Shown here: piece after piece, positions 11,551 through 20,356 of the stretch
Layout of the letters: the number at the start of each line of letters is the position of its first letter
Position numbering within the stretch: the first letter of the stretch is position 1
Origin: Naegleria gruberi
Lineage: Eukaryota
NCBI GenBank assembly: GCA_000004985.1
Contig: GG738870.1
DNA length: 64,000 nt
Direction: 5' to 3' (one strand)
Translations under genes and position numbers: made by a program
Notes under the pieces: generated by a model
Databases searched by the model: none
What the model was told of the DNA's origin: nothing
The model's input: only the letters and a program-made list of their open reading frames with translations

Positions 11551-12687
11551 ATGTCATCAAACTGTATACACTCCCTCTCACTCGATGAAATTTTCAACGT
11601 GATGGAATTTCTCCCACTGAAAGATATTGGAAATGCTTTATGTGTTTGTCGAGAGTGGAATTCCCTAGATCAATATGAACCGTTTTGGAAGGCAAAGCTC
11701 AACCATTTTCTCTCCTCTAATATTATTCATTATTTCAGAAAATGCCAAGAGTTGTGTGGTTCTGACTTGAAAGTTTCGAATAACTTGAATGCTCAACAAA
11801 TTATTTCCATTCTAAACTCGGACGATTCCAAGAAGAAATCAATGGTCATTATTGCACTCAAATCCATGAAATGTGTTAACAAGACAATAATGGAACGTAT
11901 TGATTATCAAATTAACAAATCTATTTTAACAATGTTGGTCAACTCGTTTGATATGAATGTTTTGAAAGATAAAGTTGCGAATAGAATTTCACTCAGAATG
12001 ATTAAACAACAAGAATCTCAAAAAGAAGAACAAGTGATTGATCAGGAAAATGATTTCTTTGCATATGTCAGTGATGAGGAACAAGAGAAGAAGAATGATG
12101 AGGAATTAATTGGAGGACGATTCAAATACCTATTGGAAAGGCAAATCTTGTCAATTATTTCAACAACTATTTCCACATTCCTTTCCAAAAAGGTTAATAG
12201 AATAGGATTGTTTCCATTATTTATCAGAATTTTAACAAATAAGGAGTATAGATTCAAAGAAACTGAAATAAGTGATGATATTGACCTAGTGGAATATAAT
12301 GTCTTGCTTCAACTTGTGAAATTTCACAAAAAGTCAGAAATTCTCCTCAGGTATTGGACAGAATTGATTGACATGTCTATTAACAGATTGACATTAGAGG
12401 TAAGAGAGGAGGATTTTGGAGAAATATTGGAAACATTAATTGAGAAATATGACAACATATACTCTCTCACCATCCTTGGAGATATTTTCGATGAATTGGA
12501 ATATTTTGAACGTTTCTTACCACATTTAAAGAAATCAATTCAGAAGAATGGAATTGAGAGTGAATTTCTCATTTCCTACCTCGGTCGTTTGTCAAGATTG
12601 GAAATTCCAATTTCAAAAAAGTGGGAACGGGCTCAAATTTATTTGGAATACATTTTAGATTTTGCTCCCCCAGCCATCACAAACTTN
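11551..12687 (+). CDS. F-box protein, truncated at its 3' end by the assembly gap.
   Basis: ATG at 11551 (MSSNCIHSLSLDEIFNVMEFLPLKDIGNALCVCREWNSL is an F-box). The ORF runs uninterrupted into the N-run that starts at 12688. Confidence 0.55.
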
Positions 12688-13052
12688 NNNNNNNNNNNNN
12701 NNNNNNNNNNNNNNNNNNNNNNNNNNNNNNNNNNNNNNNNNNNNNNNNNNNNNNNNNNNNNNNNNNNNNNNNNNNNNNNNNNNNNNNNNNNNNNNNNNNN
12801 NNNNNNNNNNNNNNNNNNNNNNNNNNNNNNNNNNNNNNNNNNNNNNNNNNNNNNNNNNNNNNNNNNNNNNNNNNNNNNNNNNNNNNNNNNNNNNNNNNNN
12901 NNNNNNNNNNNNNNNNNNNNNNNNNNNNNNNNNNNNNNNNNNNNNNNNNNNNNNNNNNNNNNNNNNNNNNNNNNNNNNNNNNNNNNNNNNNNNNNNNNNN
13001 NNNNNNNNNNNNNNNNNNNNNNNNNNNNNNNNNNNNNNNNNNNNNNNNNNNN
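12688..13052. other. Assembly gap, 365 N.
   Basis: Contiguous n characters. All ORF-track entries containing X span this gap and are artefacts. Confidence 1.
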
Positions 13053-13249
13053 GATCCAAAATTTTATATTTGTCTTTACAATGCTTGCCAATTAAGATTC
13101 AACCACAATGTTTAATATTTAGCATCATTGCCAAATCTACAGTGCATCTTCCTGAAACTTTACAATTTCTTCAAGAATCTGGCAAGTGCAACCACCAAAT
13201 GGAAAATTCTAAAAATAAAACAAAACATTTCAAAAAAAAAAGCCACAAA

Positions 13250-13777
13250 ATGAAAATTGGTATTTTCGGCGGATGTAACACCACTCGTCTGACTCCAGTT
13301 CTAGAGGAAGAATTGAAGGTTCTCGCCTCACTGATCAATACGGAACAACACCTCGTTGTATACGGAGGTGGAAAGAAGGGAGTGATGAGTATTGTTCCAA
13401 AGTATTTTCATGAGAGAGGAGGAAGGGTGATTTCGATCAATACAAAGGAGGCTAATAATGGATTGGATGAGTGTTATGGTGAGAATTTTCTGTATGATAC
13501 ACTGCAGGAGAGACAGAGGAGATTGATTGAGAATAGTGAGTTGGTGATTTGTTTGCCAGGAGGAATTGGAACGATTAGTGAATTGTTTGATGTGATGGCA
13601 ATGAATAATAACAAGATTAGGAGTGTCAAGATTTTATTGTATAATTTTGAAGGATTTTTCAATCACATGATTGAACAAATTAAATTATTGGGAAAGAATA
13701 CGGATGAATATTTGATAGTGACAAATGAAGTGAATGACTTGATGGAACGTTTGAAGGAATTAATTAAAATTGAATAG
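13250..13777 (+). CDS. LOG-family (lonely guy) cytokinin riboside 5'-monophosphate phosphoribohydrolase / TIGR00730 protein.
   Basis: ATG at 13250 after an A-run. MKIGIFGG...VVYGGGKKGVM...LPGGIGTISELFD matches LOG motifs. The same frame stays open upstream to the gap, so an N-terminal extension cannot be excluded. Confidence 0.8.
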   Translation: MKIGIFGGCNTTRLTPVLEEELKVLASLINTEQHLVVYGGGKKGVMSIVPKYFHERGGRVISINTKEANNGLDECYGENFLYDTLQERQRRLIENSELVICLPGGIGTISELFDVMAMNNNKIRSVKILLYNFEGFFNHMIEQIKLLGKNTDEYLIVTNEVNDLMERLKELIKIE

Positions 13778-13925
13778 ATAAATTATTAAATTATTAAATT
13801 ATTATATTTGTGAATTATTTAGTTCACTCTAAACTGATTATTTCAATTTCAACAAATTTCAATAATTATTTTGAAAAAGGAAATTTCAGTTATTAATTAC
13901 ATGGTTGAAATACTAGTGACAGGCT

Positions 13926-14830
13926 TCAATCCTTCACATGTCCAATGGCATGTTTATTTTGTGAAATGGCAATATGAACAGTCTTGTTGATAAATCTGTC
14001 AGCAAGTCTTCTCAAGACAAGTCCATTTATAGAGACAGCAACCTTTACCATATCTTCACTGATACGGTTGGCATGTTCGATGAGGAATGGATTCTTCTTG
14101 ATAATAGGGGTCATAAGTTCAATGTCAGATCTGTGGAATATTGAAGCATAACGAATGGAATTCCCACATTGATTAGTGGCAACGGTAACGAGTTCCTTAT
14201 CATAGGTATATTCTGTTGGAAGATATTCCAACAATCTACATATCTCTTGACAGACTTTCTAATAAATTCATCATCGTTTCTCAAATATTCGTCCCAAAAT
14301 TCGAATGATTTACCATTACTTGTCTTGAGTGATATCTTGACAATTTCCAAATCCTTCTTCAATTCTGATGAAGCAAACCTGACAGCCAATCCACAATTCT
14401 TGACACCATCCAAAACAATTTGCTTGCTGTTTTGCAAATCAGCAGAGGCAAACTTTAAGGCACGATCATTTACTGAAACTGCCTTTTGAACAATTTCATA
14501 ATCACTTCTGAATGGAATCGCCAAATATCCCAAGGCGAGATCATTAGTGGTAATTAGAGTGAAAATTCTCTGTCTTGTTTGAGGGTTTCACTGGCATGCT
14601 TTAGGGAATTTCAATTCTTCTTGAAACAATCGATTACAAACCTGGAATCACTCTTCAAATCATCAGAGGCGAGTTTGAGGATAGTAGCTGATTCTTACGA
14701 GCAAGTGAGAGTTTGACATCTGAATCTTGTTGTAATTCCTTTGAAAGATAAACGAATGATTTTCCACTTTGATTTAGAGTTACCAAAGCAACTTAGCAAT
14801 GAGAAATGATCCAAAACTTGTCAAGATTGC
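13926..14830 (-). pseudogene. Second DUF4116-repeat gene. The frame is disrupted, so it is a candidate pseudogene or an unresolved multi-exon gene.
   Basis: Two overlapping ORFs in different frames (13926..14234 and 14111..14533) and further DUF4116-like fragments with stops up to about 14830 (e.g. ALKFASADLQNSKQIVLDGVKNCGLAVRFASSELKKDLEIV; LKLASDDLKSD). No clean splice sites restore one frame. Confidence 0.4.
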
Positions 14831-15151
14831 CTTGCCTTCATGTGGTTTAGAATATTTTATCAGTCACGATTATATTATGAATGCTGTTGAATGTACAAGT
14901 CTCTACTGCTATCAGATATGCCTGTATTAATAAAATTGATAAGCAAATTGATCACTTGTTGGACTGAATGGCAGTCATGTAGACGTCTCTTTGTAAGGCA
15001 AGATGAGTTTGCACCACTCTTTCCAATGGCAGTCATGAGAATTTCCCTATTCCACTGGAAAATATTCATAAATATTTGGTTCCTTTTCAATAATTACCTA
15101 AAATATTTGTGAATGATTTAAAATTTCTAAAAAGAACAACCAAAAACATTT

Positions 15152-15224
15152 ACCGACAATGGGGCTCGAACCCACGACCCCAGGATTAGAAGTCCTGTGC
15201 TCTATCCAACTGAGCTATGACGGC
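15152..15224 (-). tRNA. tRNA-Arg (anticodon TCT).
   Basis: GCCGTCATAGCTCAGTTGGATAGAGCACAGGACTTCTAATCCTGGGGTCGTGGGTTCGAGCCCCATTGTCGGTA. Cloverleaf with D-arm GCTC/GAGC, anticodon loop CTTCTAA and T-loop TTCGAGC. The acceptor stem has one U-U mismatch and a terminal G-U. A T5 tract lies 5 nt downstream (15142-15146 on the minus strand). Confidence 0.6.
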
Positions 15225-15326
15225 TTCACATTGAATTAAGCCAAAAGTAGGAATGACTGCTAAGTAATTCCACTGAAACTTTACATTTTGTGTAAATTGA
15301 TTTCTTAAAAATGTTGGAAAAACAAA

Positions 15327-16778
15327 ATGAAAAGAAAAGAAACAACTTCTCCCTCACAACACGATGACGTACAAGAATGCAAAAAGGCAAAACATGAATC
15401 AACCACGACAAGTAGTACTTCCCATTTCTTCTCTACAATTTCCAATGATGAATTCCTATGTATTTTATACTCTTTAGAATCGGAGAGTATTCTCTCACTC
15501 TCCCGAACATGTAAATCGATGCAACATTTGATCAAGAATAATGTACTTGAATATTTGTGTAAATATTCCATCATCAATCAAGATGGTACGAACCACATTG
15601 ATAATGATACAACAATAGCTATTGATCATGTTAGGGAGGATGAGAAAATTCTGAAAGCATTGAAGAATAGAGAATTATTTAGAGTTGATGATAAGAATTA
15701 TGAATCTGTTTTGGATATTATTGAGGATATTTGTGATAGGAATGGGACTTTGAGTGATTTTACTCATCATTTGAAATTTGATAGAAAGGTTACTTTTGAA
15801 GAAGTATTTGACTTGATGGATTGTCGTCTAATGAAGCATTCCTATAGAAAGGAATATTCAAATAATCAAGAGGATATTCTTGGAGATTTCTATCATGAGG
15901 AAATGATTGTCAATTGCGTTTTAATTGAAGAATTACTCTATGAATTCGATCCCTACTCATTTGATGAGGAAGAATGGATGAGAGAACCAATTGAAGATAA
16001 TTCTAAAAGTTTTCAATTGGTGAAAATTATTGGAATACCTATTGGGTATACGCTTAAAGAGTTAACACTTGCTAATGTTTCATTTAATGAATTGTTTTTA
16101 ATTCTTTCTAAATGTAATCAATTAGAAAGTTTGATAATCTCTGATTTTTATTTATCAATGAGACGTTACAAGGAAGAAGATGAAGAAGAATCAACCAAAA
16201 TTACAGAGGAATATGAAGAACATTGTTTTTTCATTCCTACTTTGAAATCAATGAAGAAATTTGAATTGAGATACTCTCGCTTACTTCCACGTGAATCAAC
16301 ATTATTGAACATCTTGAAATGTTGCCCAAATTTAGAGACTGTTTACTTTTGCTTCCTTACCCGATTAGATAAGTATTTATTACAAAAGATTCCACAATAT
16401 TGTACCAATCTTACAAATGTAACTTTCCTGTCAGATAGTGGAAGCACTCCTTTAGAAAGCATTATAACAGATTCTCAAGTATATGAATTCATGAAATCTC
16501 AACCAAAATTGAAATATTTGAAAATCAGTCCTTGCATCAACATTAATGGGTCAATTTTTGCAAATATTGGAGAATTTCAAAAGTTGGAATATTTAGAACT
16601 TGATGTACATGCCTATAATTCGTATAGAATTCCTCAAATTGAAGAGATTGTATTTGGTGGAGGTGAAGGAATCTTACCTAATCTCAAACATCTCAATGTA
16701 GGGAAGTTAGAAATTGATGAAGATGCCTTGTACAAATTTGCACCAAATTTAATTTCTTTCGAGTGTGATGAGTGGTAA
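15327..16778 (+). CDS. F-box/LRR-like protein.
   Basis: ATG at 15327. N-terminal FLCILYSLESESILSLSRTCKSMQHLI (F-box-like). Downstream leucine-rich segments (LKELTLANVSFNELFLILSKCNQLESLII). Confidence 0.5.
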   Translation: MKRKETTSPSQHDDVQECKKAKHESTTTSSTSHFFSTISNDEFLCILYSLESESILSLSRTCKSMQHLIKNNVLEYLCKYSIINQDGTNHIDNDTTIAIDHVREDEKILKALKNRELFRVDDKNYESVLDIIEDICDRNGTLSDFTHHLKFDRKVTFEEVFDLMDCRLMKHSYRKEYSNNQEDILGDFYHEEMIVNCVLIEELLYEFDPYSFDEEEWMREPIEDNSKSFQLVKIIGIPIGYTLKELTLANVSFNELFLILSKCNQLESLIISDFYLSMRRYKEEDEEESTKITEEYEEHCFFIPTLKSMKKFELRYSRLLPRESTLLNILKCCPNLETVYFCFLTRLDKYLLQKIPQYCTNLTNVTFLSDSGSTPLESIITDSQVYEFMKSQPKLKYLKISPCININGSIFANIGEFQKLEYLELDVHAYNSYRIPQIEEIVFGGGEGILPNLKHLNVGKLEIDEDALYKFAPNLISFECDEW

Positions 16779-17202
16779 TTGTCTATCTTGCCTTATAATA
16801 TTTTGTAAAGTATTTTCCTCTTCCGAAAAAACAACTTAATAATATTTAATTTCTCTTCCTTGTCCACCAATTGGTGGTTATTATTAATATATTCAATTTT
16901 AATTTTCTACATCATAATGTTCACATATTAAAATGCAAACTCCAACTTGTTCACTTCATATCCATCAATGCACTTTTATCAATGAACATTGCCTTGTTCA
17001 TTCTTCTTTCTCAATTTTCAATATCGTGAAAAGCTAGCTGCAACTTTGAAAAGTCTCGTTTTTGACTGAATGATGATAAACAAGCTCGGAAAAGTGTTGT
17101 CGAGGTCACCACAGAGAGATAAAATTTACAACGAAAATTTTTTAAATAAATATTAAAATTTATTTCCTTGCTGAAAAAAAAATTCAACAACAAATCATCA
17201 CA

Positions 17203-17682
17203 ATGGATATTAACGAATTCAAGAGAAAGTACTCCAACGAAAGCGACACCAAGGCTGTTATGGAATGGGCTTTTGAAAAGATTGCTGCTGCTCCAGAAAC
17301 TTATTCTTTCTGGTTGGCTGAATACAATCAACCTGATCTTTTGACTGGTCCTGCTTGGATGCAAAACAACTTGGTTGAAGGTTACTTCAGAAACATTGAA
17401 GGTTTGAAGAAGAATTGTTTCGCTTCTGCTTTGGTCCTCACTAACGACGAAGGTGCTCAAAGAATCTCCATGGTCTGGTTGGTCCCAACCCAAACTGTTC
17501 CAAAGGAATTCACTTCTGATGATATTGCTGGATCCAAGATTGGTGATGGTTTCAACTTGACTCAATTGAAGCCTGCTGAATCTGAAGAAGATAAGACCAC
17601 GATTATCAACTACATGATCTGGAATGAAGATAAGGGTGCTTTCGGCGGTTACACTTATGCTTCTGGTAAGATCTTCAAGTAA
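17203..17682 (+). CDS. Stand-alone EF1-gamma C-terminal-domain protein (159 aa) with no GST domain.
   Basis: INEFKRKYSNESDT...NCFASALVL...MIWNEDKGAFGGYTYASGKIFK aligns along the whole EF1G C-terminal domain, including the terminal GKIFK. Codon usage is strongly biased (ggt/gct/ttc/aag), as in highly expressed genes. The 420 nt upstream are non-coding. Confidence 0.8.
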   Translation: MDINEFKRKYSNESDTKAVMEWAFEKIAAAPETYSFWLAEYNQPDLLTGPAWMQNNLVEGYFRNIEGLKKNCFASALVLTNDEGAQRISMVWLVPTQTVPKEFTSDDIAGSKIGDGFNLTQLKPAESEEDKTTIINYMIWNEDKGAFGGYTYASGKIFK

Positions 17683-17840
17683 ACTATTTGAATTTTTCTT
17701 CCAACATGATTGTATTATTATCAAATTGTTCTTTCTTATTATTAATATTTAAAAAACAATACAATTACCCTCTGGCTTACTTATCGGAATGAACAATTTA
17801 AAATTAATTATTCACAATTTTAATATCATCATATTAATAC

Positions 17841-19229
17841 TTATAATATTTCCAACAATTTGATAAAGAAACGTTCCTCCATCATGATACCAATGTGATG
17901 AGCACCCGGTAACACTGTAGTTTCAATCTTCTCCTCCTGCTTAAATTGTGAACACATCTCCAAGCAATAATCAGGCAAAGTATCATCACCACGTTCCCAT
18001 CTCGAAGCTTGAATATCTGCAGAGGTCAACTCTTCCATTCTCTTTGGACCAGTATAGGAATATTGAGTTGGAGTCCAATTATTGGAACCATAGATACATT
18101 GTGTTGGAACACCTGGAGCTGCAAATTTAATATCGAGAATGGATTGAGATTCTTGCATGAATAATTCCCAACCATTGGTCATTGAAGCATCTTTCATGAA
18201 TTGACCATAACTTTCAACTGTTGCAAAATAGTTGGCTTTCTGATTGGTTTGATTATTGGTATATTGGAACATTGGATAATTGGTGAATGGGGTTTTGAGT
18301 GGATACATGTATGAAGGACTGCCAAATGTACGAACCATCTTTTTGAATTGTTCTCTACTAAGGAAGAATAATCCATAAGTATCGCCTGTCATGTGAAGAA
18401 TTGGACTTTGAATTTCACCATCGTATGATCCTGAAACACTAATGAATTGTTTGATGAATTTTTGTTTCCATTCCTTAGAAACATGAGTGGCAAGAAAGAG
18501 TTGAGTGAATGGAGCTCCCAAGCTATGTCCAAGTAAGCTCACTTGAGTTCCATTGTTGAGATAGTAGGTATCTTCAACGAGTTTTTGAAGAATATCATAA
18601 TCTCCTCCAGTATTATTCATTCTTTTTGATTTCCACTCAATTGGACCAGTTCTCCAATCATAGGTCATTGCTCTCAATGTTTTTCCTCCAATATATCCAC
18701 CATGTTTAATTAAATAGGAAGTTAACAATTCCATATAGACTGCCTGATTAATAAATTCATAATTAGTAATGTAATTCACTCCACTCAGACCACCAACATC
18801 CTTTCCAGTGATGGAAACACCTGCATCTAATGGATGTAATTTTCTCGGTTGTCCCCTCAAATCCAATGTCAAATCATGCACTGTACATTCCTCTGTTACA
18901 TGTGGAATTAATTCATTCAAATTGGCCCACACTTGAAATGGCTCACTCGTTGTACTTTCACACCAAAAGTGTGGTTCCTTTGCATTGGTTCTTTGTGCAT
19001 TGAGAGCTGATCCACCAAATCCTCCCAATAGAATCAATGGACTCAATGTTGTGGAATTGTTTGTTGAGATGGCTCTTCTTGGATTTGGTGGTCCCTTGAA
19101 GGTCTTCCAGATTTCACTTGCTCGTTGACGAGTAATGACTGGTATTGGCAAAGAGTGAACTGTTAAAGATAAACAAATAATGACAACAAAGAGTGCCGTA
19201 AACAATTGTGCAATCAGATTGCTAGACAT
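17841..19229 (-). CDS. LCAT/LPLA2-family phospholipase, a paralogue of the 2287..3710 gene. Single exon, signal peptide.
   Basis: ATG at 19229. Hydrophobic N-terminus. GHSLGAP lipase motif. Colinear similarity to the other LCAT-like gene. Confidence 0.8.
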   Translation of the reverse strand: MSSNLIAQLFTALFVVIICLSLTVHSLPIPVITRQRASEIWKTFKGPPNPRRAISTNNSTTLSPLILLGGFGGSALNAQRTNAKEPHFWCESTTSEPFQVWANLNELIPHVTEECTVHDLTLDLRGQPRKLHPLDAGVSITGKDVGGLSGVNYITNYEFINQAVYMELLTSYLIKHGGYIGGKTLRAMTYDWRTGPIEWKSKRMNNTGGDYDILQKLVEDTYYLNNGTQVSLLGHSLGAPFTQLFLATHVSKEWKQKFIKQFISVSGSYDGEIQSPILHMTGDTYGLFFLSREQFKKMVRTFGSPSYMYPLKTPFTNYPMFQYTNNQTNQKANYFATVESYGQFMKDASMTNGWELFMQESQSILDIKFAAPGVPTQCIYGSNNWTPTQYSYTGPKRMEELTSADIQASRWERGDDTLPDYCLEMCSQFKQEEKIETTVLPGAHHIGIMMEERFFIKLLEIL

Positions 19230-19512
19230 TTTTTTTGATTTTTCTCAATCTTTCATTGTAATTTGGTAGGAGATAACAATCGAATTCATAAACGAGTGGA
19301 GTAACACGGTAAAATAGGAGCTGTACACTACAAGTAATAGTACAGTGAGTTGAAATTAGAAATTTTCTTGTTTTTAATGTTGAAAGTAGTTAAAAAAAGA
19401 GGAAGGATTTAGTTGGAGGTAAGAAAAGGATAGGGAATGGAATGTTACTATTGTTTGAGAATTTGAAATATTGGAGCGTGTGAAAAACATCATTGTAAAA
19501 TCATTTCTAATA

Positions 19513-20046
19513 TTACATTGACTGAGTACGTTCATGTCTTGGAATAAAATCAAATTCAGTATCCACTTCCTTGACATTGTATTTTGGAAAACCGAATTGA
19601 GGTGGGTCCAAAACTTCACCTGGTTCAACAGCTCCTTGTTGTTGAGCCATCATTGTCTTTGAAACCAAAATGTTAACACCTTCAATCATACCCAAGAAAA
19701 TACCACCAAATAGAGAACTTCTCATGACAGCTTTCCAGCCACCTCTCAAAGCCAAAGCACCACCTGTTAAAGCTCCCGAAGCTACTGAATTAATAAAATC
19801 TTCCTTTCCTCTATAATATAAGAAACAACATTCAAATGATGAAAACAATCCAGACCACATGGCAAAGTTACCACCAAGCACTGGTCCTTTAGCTTTTAAA
19901 GTTTGAATGGCTCCTGCAAAACGTTCTCCACGTGGAGCATTTCTGGCACCTTTACCGAAATGCCATATCGATCCCATAACACCACCGAGGGCATAACCAG
20001 TTCCCAAGTCATCATAAATACGGTGTGGACAAGGTTGCTTTTCCAT
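19513..20046 (-). CDS. tim17: Mitochondrial import inner membrane translocase subunit Tim17.
   Basis: MEKQPCPHRIYDDLGTGYALGGVMGSIWHFGKGARNAPRGERFAGAIQTLKAKGPVLGGNFAMWSGLFSSFEC matches the Tim17 family along the whole N-terminal membrane domain. Confidence 0.85.
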   Translation of the reverse strand: MEKQPCPHRIYDDLGTGYALGGVMGSIWHFGKGARNAPRGERFAGAIQTLKAKGPVLGGNFAMWSGLFSSFECCFLYYRGKEDFINSVASGALTGGALALRGGWKAVMRSSLFGGIFLGMIEGVNILVSKTMMAQQQGAVEPGEVLDPPQFGFPKYNVKEVDTEFDFIPRHERTQSM

Positions 20047-20356
20047 TCTTATTAATCTTGTTGATGATTATTTATATTATTGTTGTTAAAGATGAAGAAA
20101 AATATATCCTAAGAAAGTGTTGTTATTGTTGTTGTTATTCTCTTGGCAAGTGGTAGTAGAGAATTATTCAATCCGAGAGAGAAAAAGCAGCAACAGGCGG
20201 GTTGTGTATGATGATGGATATTTTTTTTTCTTTTAAAAAATGAATTGGTTTTTTGATTGAATTCGCAAAATCGGAGATGATGTTTTTGATATTGGTATTG
20301 ATGTTGGCTGTGGAAACTATTTGATATATTGAAAATTGTTAATTTATTTACAATTT

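Noticed and set aside
12621-13115. Four ORF-track entries (12621..13115 +, 12639..13091 -, 12655..13059 -, 12662..13777 +) made mostly of X residues.
   Set aside because: They are translations through the 365-N assembly gap and have no biological meaning.
14880-15330. Looked for tRNA-targeted retroelement (TRE/DIRS) remnants around the tRNA-Arg gene and the other three tRNA genes.
   Set aside because: No reverse-transcriptase, integrase or gag-like reading frames and no LTR-like repeats are present. Only a short duplicated GGCAGTCATG motif was seen.
17011-17724. 237-aa ORF on the minus strand overlapping the EF1-gamma-domain gene.
   Set aside because: It is antisense to a strongly codon-biased gene, has poor codon usage and no ATG, and is a typical mirror-frame artefact.
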